A stretch of 64,000 nucleotides of DNA from assembly GCF_009914755.1 (NCBI RefSeq), contig NC_060929.1. One strand, written 5' to 3'. Positions 14,406-25,146 of the stretch are shown one piece after another. The first letter of the stretch is position 1, and every line of letters starts with the position of its first letter. Made by a program: the position numbers and the translations under genes. The notes below the pieces were generated by a model. It made no database searches, was not told where the DNA came from, and saw nothing but the letters and a program-made list of their open reading frames with translations. Source of the DNA: the human T2T-CHM13v2.0 reference genome, Homo sapiens.

Positions 14406-14475
14406 GGCCCGACCTGTAGTCCCAGCTACTTGGGAGGCTGAGGCAGGAGAATTGCTTGAACCTGGAGCGCAGAGG
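14406..14475 (+). mobile_element. Isolated internal Alu right-arm fragment
   Basis: CCTGTAGTCCCAGCTACTTGGGAGGCTGAGGCAGGAGAATTGCTTGAACCTGG with no other Alu sequence around it. Confidence 0.85.
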
Positions 14476-14914
14476 ACCGGCTCGAATGTGAAAACATGGG
14501 CAGGTATTTGCTAGCAAGACAGGGAACAAGCGGCTTCCTGATAATAGAAACAGAGGCGGGGGCGATGCTGAGACCTGACCCCACAGTGGTCCCTGAAGAA
14601 CGAAGGGTGGGCACGGCGACGTGAGGGCCTGGGGGGCCCAGGGAATGCGGTGGGACCCTGGAGGGCACGTAGCCACGCTGGGCAATTGTGATTGGGCTGC
14701 CACGCTGGCCTCCAAGCATCGCTGAGCACAGGGGCCATGATCAGAGGTGTGTTTGCGCAAGGCCATTGCAGCAGGGTGAGGAGGGTAGATTTGGACGCGA
14801 GTGGGAATGAGGTGAGGGAGGGATGAGGGCGGGTCAGGTGGTTGCTGCGGTCAAGTCCTGGACAGCAGGAGCAGTCTCCAGGGGTGCCTCAGAGCGGACT
14901 CTAAAGGCCATCGT

Positions 14915-15395
14915 GTACATCTCCTCAGCTGCGGTACAGACTACCCCAAGCCAGGCAGCTTAAAACAGAAATGTATTCTCCCGCAATTCTGGACCGCTCG
15001 GGTCCAAAATCCAGGCGTCGACAGGGCCGTGCTAGGGCTGGAGGCTCTGGGGGAGAATCCAGAATCTGCTCCAGGTCTCTCTCCCAGCTCCCAGGGGTGC
15101 TGGGAGCCCTGGAGCCCTTTGGCTGTGGACTCATCCCTCGGATCTCTGCCTCTGCCGTCCGTGGCCTTCTCGCTGTGTGTGTTCACATCGTCTCCCTCCG
15201 CCTGTGCTGTCTCTGGGTCTCTTCTCCTCTTGTAAGGGTAGCATTCAGGGGCTTAGGGCCCACCTTAAACCAGTATAACCTCATCTTAACTTGATGACAT
15301 CTGCAAAGATCCCATTTCCAAATAAGGCCACATTCACAGGTATCACGGGTTAGGGCTTCGACATGTCTTTGTTGGGGACCCAATACCACCCGTAA
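14915..15395 (-). mobile_element. MaLR LTR (MLT1C-like)
   Basis: GCTTAAAACAGAAATGTATTCTC, TTAGGGCCCACCTTAAACCAGTATAACCTCATCTTAACTTG and TTCCAAATAAGGCCACATTCACAGG motifs. Confidence 0.8.
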
Positions 15396-16009
15396 GAGGC
15401 CTGGTGCTTGGCGGGGGCTGCAGGAGGCAGGGCAGAGCAGGGCTTCAGCCAAGGGCCAGGTTGGCCCGGAAGCTGGTTCGATTCCCTGGAAGGGGCCGAG
15501 GGCAGGAGGTACTGTTCCGTGTGGCTTTGGGGCTTCCTGCTGCAACGGGCTCCGGGCAGAGAGGCCTCCGCTGCCTGCCAAGGTTTTAGTTGCTGCCGCT
15601 TCTCCCTTATGTTCCTCCAAATCTCCCGCTGCCCCCATCTGAACCTCAGAAGCATGCTATGGGGGCAGGGGTTCCCGGTCCTCAGCTTCAGGAGGCTGGA
15701 TCTACTCCTAACTGGGGTAATCTGTTTGCTTCTTTCCCAGGGGACAGGTTCCCAAAAGGCGTACCCAGAGCAGAAAGCTGAACATCTAACCAGTCTCTGC
15801 CTCCTGATGCAGACCGATGTTGTGGGAAGACCCGAGAGTCAGGACCCAGGCGTGTGAGAGTCCAGCCCCAGTCCTGCCCTGCAGGGCCTGTTCCATCTCA
15901 CCGGGCTCCAGTCTTCTCACCTAGAAAATGAGGGCTTCTGATGCAAAGTCTCTAAGGAGCTTTTCAGCTTTAAAGCGTTCTGAATCCCATTTTCCCGCTG
16001 ACTGACATT

Positions 16010-16460
16010 CTAATTTCACAGCGGGCTTATCTCCCCCTCAGAAGGGTCTTCAGCCGCAGCAGGGCCTTCCGTTTTTGCTTAAATCGCTCTGACCTTTTTA
16101 TCAAGCAGTTCATAAACGCCCTTGCGCTAGGAGCGGCCGTCGCCCTGTGGTCCCCGGAGAGGGTCCTCCGAGGACTCTGAAAGCCGCTTCCATGGTTGGC
16201 GCCGAGCACAGGCGGCTCCCTCTGGCTTCCGCAGGCACGGACGGGGTTTGCCCAGAGACACCCTGCTCAGCACTGCCAAGCTGGAAAACAAGTGGGTGGG
16301 GGCAGCCGCCGGGAGGGGCCAGCAAACCGGGCCCTCATCCAGGAGCAAATTCCACCTTCAGTGCCTCACTTTTATCTCCAGATGGGCGCGTCCTTGTGAG
16401 AAACCACAGTATTGTCCCTCACCCATGAAGGGAGGCGTGGACGTGATCCCAAAGCCCCTA
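16010..16460. promoter_or_regulatory. Small CpG-rich, non-repetitive island (candidate distal element)
   Basis: Visible clustering of CpGs and high GC, e.g. TTGCGCTAGGAGCGGCCGTCGCC, GGCGCCGAGC, GCCGCCGGG. Confidence 0.4.
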
Positions 16461-18819
16461 TGTTAGACGGTCCAGCCTCACCTGAGCAGTCACATGGACC
16501 TGCCCGGTCCTTTGACCTCAACACCACACACTTCCCACCCCTGCGGCAGGAAGGCGAGGCAGGAAGCATCCACACAAACCTGAGTATATCACAGTGGCAC
16601 CACCAACGTGCCGGCTGCAAAGTTGATTTTCTAAACCAGAGGCAGCAAAATGGACCCGCTGGGGAATTCTTGTATCTTGCCTAGCATTTATATTAATATT
16701 TGGGGGTATCATTTAATTGATTAGTCATTACTGCATACAAGGTTATAAGAGTCGAGAAGTATAAAATCTATATGTTAAAATTTTAAGAAAAAAATGTCAA
16801 GTAGAACTAGCCAGACTGACATCATTAATCTGGTACCTGCACACACTTGTCTTATAAAGTGCGAGGAAAATGGATATTTTTCTTACATATTATGCAATTA
16901 TGTATGGCATATTACCTGTCTCTGTAGCTTGAAAATCATTACACTGGTCAAGCTGTCCCACTAGTAAAAGCAGACGACCACTTCATAGGTTAAAAAGACA
17001 TCTGCAAGCTATTTAATACTAAGCTTCATTCCATTAACCTTCATTTTTGTCTCAAAATAATCCTGACCATTTAATATATAACCCCTCACTCCAAAAAGCA
17101 TTGATTGTACTGTGAAAACATGATTCTTCAGGCATGGGATTTGCTTGTTTACCAATTATTCTCCTTTCCTGGCTAGAACCCTAAAATAATATCAGCAACT
17201 GCTGGGAGGGAGGGAGGGAAGGGGAGGAGTCAGACTCGGAGGACACGTCTGACAAAGAGGCAAAGGAAGCTCCTTGCTGCTGCTGCTGTCCTTGCTGCTG
17301 TTCTGCCTGGGCTTCGTTTTACAGGATCAATGTTGGGGTGTCACCGGGTCAACGGCAGGGAGGTCTCTCAGCAGGGACACCCAGGCCCAGCGAACACACT
17401 GATGCACCGTGCTCATATACCGGCCGGTGATCACTTCGGCTTCTTTGGGGGAAGAATTTCCGGCCTGAGCCATCACATTCCAGGGAGTTCCTGAGGACAA
17501 AGGGTATCATGGAGTCTCTGGGCACAGCCCCTCGCTCCTCTGCAGGACCTGAATGGTCACCCCACAGCAACAGAGCCGGCACACCCTCAGCACGGCTGCA
17601 GCATAGCTCTTGTCCACTCCTTCTATGGCGAGCAGGATGGCATCACCCACGGGGCCTGCCGTACCCACCAGCAGCACCTAGAGAGGGACAAGAGGAGACA
17701 GGGCACTGCCTCCTCTGGGACAGGTGTCGAATGGAGTCAAGATCTCCTGATTGTCAGAGACCAAGGGGTCAAAAGGACCCATGCCCCCAGCACCTTCCCC
17801 AGCCTATGAGCAAGCCATGGTCCCATGCTTTCCTCCAAAGCCATGGAAATGGTACTGTGGGCAGGGAGAGGTCTCTTTAGCCACAGACACCTGGCTCCCC
17901 CTTCATCTTGAGGGCAATATTTCTCTGGTGGGTTGGAAGTGCTCATTACTCACATTGGGAATGACACTTCTGGGGTGCCCAGTGTCAGGGACTTTGGGAG
18001 GGATTGCATTCCTCTCAGTAAAGTGGCAGGGAACACAGAAGCTTATGGCAAGCGTTGGACCAAATACCAATGAAAATACCAGACAGAGTAGCTTACAAAC
18101 ACATTTCCAAAGAATTTCCCTTGTACTCATGGATGGAGTTCACCTACCTTTCTCTCAACACTGGACTCAGGCAATGCTGGAGAGTAATCCAATTTCATGC
18201 AATTCAATGAATACAGTGAGGCCAAGGGGGAAAAGCCCCCTCCTTCCCCTGAGAAGGCTCGCAGACCTCCAGGCAAGCAAAGTGCTATGATGGGCTGTGC
18301 CGTGCGGCACAGTGGAGGGCAGAAGAAACTCACGGCATCAGCAGGGCTGGCAGGGCAGGCACTCACAGTGAGGCAGGAAGGTGAGCTCGTTGTCAGGCAC
18401 AGGAGACACAAGCAGGAGGTGAAGGAGGATCAATGGGGAGACAAGCCATGAGCCGCACTCCCTGGAGAGCCAAAGGGCTAGCAGGCAGAGGAAGAGGGTG
18501 GCAGGAGGGTGTGGCTGAAGTCAAGCAGGAGAGCAGCTTTGGGGAATGGAGACCAGGATGGGCTTCCTGGAAGAGAAGTAAGGGAAGTGAGGGAGCCAGT
18601 CTGCTGCCCACCAGACCAGAGTTCACTGGGCGGGAGGGAGCTGGGAATAAAGACACAGGACCCAGCAGTCCCTCTTCCTCCTCCTGCCCTCCCACTGCCA
18701 CCCACACAAAATCAGCCATGGGACACTCAGGAAAAGGAGAGTCCTCAAAACGAAGACAACAAGAGACAGAGAAAAGGCAGCAGATATTTAGATGTGTATC
18801 TAAATATCAGGGGCAATAG

Positions 18820-19880
18820 ACACATATCCCCCATTCTGACCTCACATTTACAAATTTAATTCCATATAGATTGTAAGTCTCACCATGAAAGGTGAAATAA
18901 TAAAACTTTAAGAAAATATGGGAAAAGAAAAAAAAGCACTAAAACCACAAAAGGAAAAAAAAAGGTACATTGAGCCACATGAACATAAGAAGTATTATTC
19001 ATCAAAAGACACCACTGAGAGGGAAATTCAGACCACAGAAAAGACATTCATAAGACACGCATTTGGCAAAGGACTTGGGCAAATCAACAAGAAAAATCCA
19101 ATAAATCCAGACAATTCAAAGAAATGGGCAAATGACTTGGACAGGTACTATGCAGAAGAGGATAGCCGCGTGGCTAGTAAACAGATGAAAAAATGGTTGA
19201 TATCTCCCACAGGGCAATGCAACACCCTGCACACGTGAGAACTACTGACGTGACAAAGGCAGTACCCAGCGTGGAAGGGAGTGCAACATGAGCTCTCATC
19301 TCTATTGAGAAAGCGTTCACTCATCCATTCCAGAACAGGGTTTGCAGGATCTACTGATGCTGAGAACACATCTCCCTATGGCCCAGAAACCCTGTTCCTA
19401 GGCATTCACACAACAGCAACGAGTATGTGTGTGCATCCAAAGACAAATCCACACATCATCACAACAGCAAGATTCATAGTTGCCAAAATCTAGAAACAAC
19501 CCAATGCCCACCTACAGTAGAATGGATCCCTAATTGCGGTGTGTTCACACAGTCAAAGCTATACCGCAACAATGAAGATGAACAAGTTTCAACTAGACAC
19601 AACAAAAGGGATTTATCTCACATATAATGGTGAGCAAAAAAAGCAGGCACAAAAGCGCACACAGTGTGGCTCGGTGTATGTGTGGTTCAAAATTGTGCTG
19701 TTCAGACGTGGGAGGTGGGTCCTGTTGGAATGCGGGTTAAGGACAAGTAGGAGGCACGAGGGGCTTGCAGGATGTGGGAGAGGTGCTATTCCTTCTTCTG
19801 TATCCTGTTTGCCTGGATGTGTTTCATTTGTGACGATTCACTGAGCTGTGTACTTAGAATCTGTTCATTTCCCTTCTATC
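18820..19880 (+). mobile_element. Ancient L1M (L1MC/ME-type) 3' fragment
   Basis: Degenerate ORF2 end (KKWANDLDRYYAEED in ORF 18918-19238; ACCCAATGCCCACCTACAGTAGAATGGAT) followed by L1M-type 3' UTR. Confidence 0.75.
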
Positions 19881-19885
19881 TGTTT

Positions 19886-20434
19886 GTAGTGGGCCGAATG
19901 GGGACCCCCTAAAACATAGGTCCACAACCTAGTTCCCAGAATCTTTTATGATGAGAATCAACCCTACCTGATATGGCAGAAGATGTGATTATGGTGAGGA
20001 TCTTGAAAGGAGGAATTTATCCCGGATTACCCACGTGGGCTGGAAACCTAAAATGAGAGCCTCCTTGTAAGAGAGAGAAAAGGCCACACAGCGACACAGA
20101 GAAGACCATGTGAAGATGGAGGCAGAGCTTCAAGGGATGTGGCCACAAGCCAAGGAGCTCCCGGAGCACCCAGAGCTGGAAGAGGCAGGAAGGATCCTTC
20201 CTTGGGGCCTTCGGAGTGAGCACAGCCCCGCTGAATTCAGACTTCTGGTTTCCAGAACTATCAGGATACATTTCTAAGGCTGGGCACGGGTGGCTCATGC
20301 CTGTAATCCTAGCACTTTGGGAGGCCAAGGCGGGCAGATCACTTCAGTTCAGGAGTTTGAGAGAATAAATTTCTGTTATTTTAAGAGACCATGTCTGTGG
20401 TCATTTGTAAAAGCAGCTGCAGGAAACCGATCCA
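19886..20434 (+). mobile_element. MaLR LTR (MLT1B/C-like) containing a truncated Alu
   Basis: TGTAGTGGGCCGAATGG start, GAAGACCATGTGAAGATGGAGGCAGAG, GAATAAATTTCTGTT end motif. Confidence 0.8.
20278..20362 (+). mobile_element. 3'-truncated Alu (first ~85 bp only)
   Basis: GGCTGGGCACGGGTGGCTCATGCCTGTAATCC through CAGGAGTTTGAGA, then MLT1 sequence resumes. Confidence 0.88.
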
Positions 20435-21059
20435 CTCTTCTACTTCAATGAAATGAGGAAATTAAACAGTAAAATCGAATTCTGCCTGGGCCCCACTCTA
20501 GGCCAAGTAAGTCAGAACAGGCTGGGGAGGGCCTGAGCATTAGGCGGCTCCCATTCCCGGGTGGCGCCCAGGGTTCCCCGGGCTCAAGAGGCTTCACCAG
20601 GAAGGGAGACTCCCTGCTGCCTCGGGCCCCTGAAAAGGTCCTCAGGGACATGGGGCAGGGGGGTTGGGGGCACCAAAGTGGCCAGGACCACTCGGCCGGG
20701 TTTCCAGGCCGCACTAAGACCCTTCTGAGGTTTGCAATCATGAATCGTAAGTGAGCCTCAGCCAGATGTGTAACTGTCTCCTGCGATGTTCAGATCCTCA
20801 GGGTAGATAAATGTGTTTAATCAGAGCTGGGATGTTTCCAAGTGAATTATAAAAGAGAGGGAAGAGGGCAAGGGAATTGAGGATGCTCAAAAGAAGGAAT
20901 GACATCATGAGCCACAGAATCTTAGCTGGGTAAGAAAGGAACTAAGGGTGGAGGGAAAGCTAGGGAGCAGAAATGAGGTAAGAAGAATGAATGGGGGCCA
21001 GAAAGCACCACAGTGGGGGCTCACCCAGGAGGCTGGGCAGGCGGAGGCAGTCAGAGAGG

Positions 21060-21500
21060 GAGGCAGAGGCTGGGGGAAGACAGGCTGAGGTTCAGCCTCA
21101 GAAGAAGGAAGCAGAGGCTGGAGGGGGACAGGCTGAGGGTCTGGACATGGAAGAAGGAGGCAGAGACTAGGGAGACAGGCTGAGGTTCAGCCTTGGGAGA
21201 GGGAGGCAGAGGCTGGAGGGGGACAGGCTGAGGGTCCAGACATAGAAGCAGGAAGCAGAGGCTGGAGGGAGACAGGCTGGGGGTCCAGCCTCGGGAGAAG
21301 GAGGCAGAGGCTGGAGGGAGACAGGCTGAGGTTCAAACACGGAAGAAGGAGGCAGAGGCTGGGGAGAGACAGGCTGGGGGTCCAGCCATGGGAGAAGGAG
21401 GCAGAGGCTAGGGAGAGACAGGCTGGGGTCCAGCCATGGGAGAAGGAGGCAGAGGCTGGGGAGAGACAGGCTGGGGGTCCAGCCACAGGAGAAGGAGGCC
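21060..21500 (+). repeat. Minisatellite, 46-49 bp unit, 9 copies
   Basis: Unit approximately AGGCAGAGGCTGGGGAGAGACAGGCTGGGGGTCCAGCCATGGGAGAAGG. Confidence 0.92.
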
Positions 21501-22642
21501 ACAGCGTGCCAGGAAGGTGGTTAGAGCTGTGAGGAGGTCCCACAACAGAGACCAGGCATTCAGCAGATTATCCTCAAGGAGACCAATGACCTAAAAATGG
21601 TGCCAGGAAGGAAAATGAAAGGAACACCATGACCAGGGTCCGGAGGCTCAGGGAATGAGGGAGTGGTCCTGTAGGTCAGGGATAAGAGCTATGGGACATG
21701 GGCTTAGATGGGCTTTGTGTCTGGCAGAGGGTGAAAGAGAGCATGTGGACAAGGCCACAGGGAGGGGAGCAGGGAGGGCACGCCTCAGTGGCAAGAGAGG
21801 GAACAGCCTCCCTTTGAGAACTCAGAGGATGGCCGACTTGTGTGAAGGGGACACTCAGAGAAGAGGTGAGGATGCTGCAATGCTTTCTACACCCAGGTCT
21901 GCAAAGCTTACTGAAAAGTAATACATCACTGCTCTTTAGCTGTAGGAATTCTACTATCTTGGTATACTTATGAAATAGCCAAAGAAAGGCAGCTTTCCAA
22001 TCCTTCACCCCTGAAAGTTCACAAACTCAGTCTACGTGACATCACTGCGTCTTCAAAGCAGGTCCTCCCAGAGCTCACCCTTCTAAATGCAGAAACTGGC
22101 CAAGTGGAGCTAGGAGTCTGTGTCATTTCCTAGGACATTCCCAGGGTCCCTATTGTGTGACAGCTACTAGGAAGGCACACGAGGCACCAAGTTCCTCCGC
22201 AGGAGACCCCTCTCCCCTGGCGGTTCTCTGCTGGCACTGAGCCACTGTGTGCAGCCGTGATGCCCAGGCAGGCCCTCACCCCAGGTACCTCTGGGGCCTC
22301 CTGGGTGCTGCAGCTTCTTGCTGGGCTGTTCATGGAACAGGTTGCCCTTGGTGCCTACATGTCCCGCCCTCAGCACCAGCTCCTGTGAGGGCAGGGACCC
22401 CAATGCCCTCGACCTAAGGCTCTCCCTTCTTTCCTGTCTGCCCCATGGCCATCCTGGAAGGCATCACCAACAGAAAGCCATTCCAGAAAGCGTCCTCTCT
22501 GCCCAGATGGACGCAGCTGCCCTGTGTGAGCTCCAGGCTACCATCTAATGACATCTTATCTTCTTCCTGAAACCAAGATACCCCTGGCTGGTGGAAAGTG
22601 AATGGCCTTGGAGTCGAAAGAGACTCTTTCGGGCAACCTGTT

Positions 22643-23157
22643 GTGTTCGTTTCTTGTTGCTGTTGTAACAAGTCATCACAATCTTAGCAGCTTAAAACAA
22701 CACTAGTTTATCATCTTGGGATTCTGTAGGTTAGGAGTTCCAAAGCCGGTCTCACTGAGCTAACCTGAAGGTGTCAGCAGGGCTGGTTCCTCCTGGAGGC
22801 AAGGGGTTGGCCGGGGCGGGGTGGGGGTGGGACTTCTGCTCCATTGCCTTTCCAGCTTCTAGAGGCCACCCACATTCCTTGGTCCTCTTAAGCCAACAGC
22901 CTTGTGTTTCTCTGACCATGCCTCTGTGCCCAGGCTCCCCCTGACTCTCCTCTTCCACCTTCCTCTCCCACTTCTAAGGACCCCTGTGATTACATGGGGC
23001 TACCCAGATAATCCAGGGGCATCTCCCTCTTTTAAAGTCAGCTGATTAGCAACCTTAATTTCATCTGATTCTCCTGCACCACATAACCTAACGAATCCAA
23101 AGGTCCAGGGGATTAGGAGGTGGACCTCTTTGGAGGGCCATTATTCTGCCTACCACA
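22643..23157 (-). mobile_element. MaLR LTR (MLT1D-like)
   Basis: GCTGTTGTAACAAGTCATCACAATCTTAGCAGCTTAAAACAACAC through GGAGGGCCATTATTCTGCCTACCACA. Confidence 0.8.
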
Positions 23158-23610
23158 CCTCAAATGCAAGCCGTCTTCTTTTCCAGGCTTCTATTATTTC
23201 ACTTGGTTCCTGACATGGTAAGGGAAAAAGGGGTTTCCCTGGCAGCACATGCTGCTAAAGCGGTTGAGGGTCCCTCCTCCACAACTGCGTGGCTTTGTAC
23301 ACAAGCAGTTCCAGCAAGCAGGGAGAGCTCCAGAAACACAGTTGCCAAAGAGACTGAAGTTCTAAAATTCACGGTAGGAGACTAACATGCTCCTGCAGGA
23401 CAGCAGTACAGGCATTTCTGCAAACACATCTTTTTTTCTGTTTTCCCATGCTTCGATCCAGAGTCTCTAGATTAAAGCGTTTTCACCATGGTACCCAAGG
23501 AAGCACAGATAAAGGCTCCCCAGATATATGTGTGCATGTGCTTATGTGTATGCACACGTGTGTTTGTGTAAGGGAGAGAAGTTTCAGCAGCCACTTGTGA
23601 TGACAAAGTA

Positions 23611-25146
23611 TAGGCATGCACCAAATAACGACGTTGTGGTCAGTAGGCACCAAGTATATGACGCTGGCTCCATAAGGTTACAACGGAGCTGAAAAACTCC
23701 CACTGCCCAGTGATGTTGTCGCCATAGGAACACGGCACACTGCGTTAGTGATGCTGTAGTCATAGGAACACGGCACACCGCGTTGCTCACATTTGTGGGG
23801 AGGCTGGTGTCAACAAACCTGCTGCACTGCCAGTCGTAGAAAAGTGTAGCACATACCGATTATCTACAGTACATCATACCTGATAATAATAATAAATGCA
23901 TATATTACTGGTTTAAGCATTTACTATACTTTTATCATTATTTTAGGGTATCCTCCTATCTATGGTGTACTCCTATTTATTTTTTTTTTAAAGGTAACTG
24001 TAAAACAGCCTCGGACAGGTCCTTCAGGAGGTATTCAGAGGCACTGTTGTCATGGGAGATGACAGCTCCATGCGTGTCACTGCCCCTGAAGACATCCCAG
24101 GGGGGCAAGATGTGGAGGTGGGAGACAGTAATATTGATGATCCTGACTCTGTGTAGGCCTAGGCTCATGTAGGTTAGCCTAGATGATAGGTTTGTAATGT
24201 AGGTTAGCCTGTGTTTGTGTCTTAGTTTTTAACAAAAAAGTTTAAAAAGTAAAAAAATAAAAAACTTAAAAGCTTATAGAATAAGGATGTAAAGAAAGCA
24301 AATATTTTTGTACAGCTATACAATGGGTTTGTGTTTTAAGCTAAGTGTTTTTCCAAAAGAGTCAAGTTACAAAGAATTTCAAAGTTTATAAAGTTAAAAA
24401 TGTACACTTAGTTAAGTATATTATTGAAGAGGAAAACATTTTTAATAAATTTCACGTAGCCTAAGTGTCTGGTGTCTATAAAGTCTACAGTAGTGTATAG
24501 TAATGTCCTAGGCCTTCACATTCACTCACCACTCACTCCCTGACTCACCCGGAGCAACTTCCAGTCCTGCAAGCTCCATTCATAGTAAGTGCCCTGTACA
24601 GGTGAACCATTTTCTCTTCTTTTTTTTTTTTATTTTAAGTTCTGGGATACATGTGCAGAACATGCAGGTTTGTTACATAGGTATATATGTGCACACATAT
24701 GTTTCTTGCAGCACTATTTACAATAGCAAAGACTGGAACCAACCCAAATGCCCATCAGTGATAGACTGGATAAAGCAAATGTGGCACATATACACCATGG
24801 AATACTATGCAGCCATAAAAAAGAACAAGATCATGTCCTTTGCAGGGACATGGATGAAGCTGGAAGCCATCATGTTTTGTCTTTTGTACAGTATTTTTAC
24901 TACACCTTTTCTATGTTGCGATACACAAATACTCACCATTGTGTTGCAATTGCTTCCAGCATTCGGCACAGTCACCTGCTGCGTGAGTTTACAGCCTGGG
25001 AGCAACAGGCTCTCCCATAGAGCCTAGGTGTGTGGCAGGCTGCACCATCTAGGTGTGTGTAAGTACATGCTACGATGTTTGCACAACAACAAAATCACCT
25101 AACGACGGGTTTTTCCTAATGTATTCCTGTCACTAAGTCGTGACTG
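23611..25146 (+). mobile_element. Tigger3b (Golem) DNA transposon, interrupted by an L1
   Basis: 5' GCATGCACCAAATAACGACGTTGTGGTC...GGAGCTGAAAAACTCC; 3' GTATTCCTGTCACTAAGTCGTGACTG; local 38-bp tandem duplication at 23709-23784. Confidence 0.85.
24620..24873 (-). mobile_element. Short L1PA (about PA7/8) insertion with 5' inversion
   Basis: Poly(T) plus reversed L1 3' end (24620-24691) joined to a plus-orientation ORF2 tail (24691-24873). Confidence 0.88.

Noticed and set aside
17275-17305. CTG repeat
   Set aside because: Only about 4 uninterrupted units; unremarkable.
21060-21500. CRISPR-like array or repeat-protein ORFs (also 27686-27848 and 63614-64000)
   Set aside because: Units are contiguous with no unique spacers, there are no cas genes, and the context is eukaryotic. 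The ORFs result from stop-free tandem repeats.
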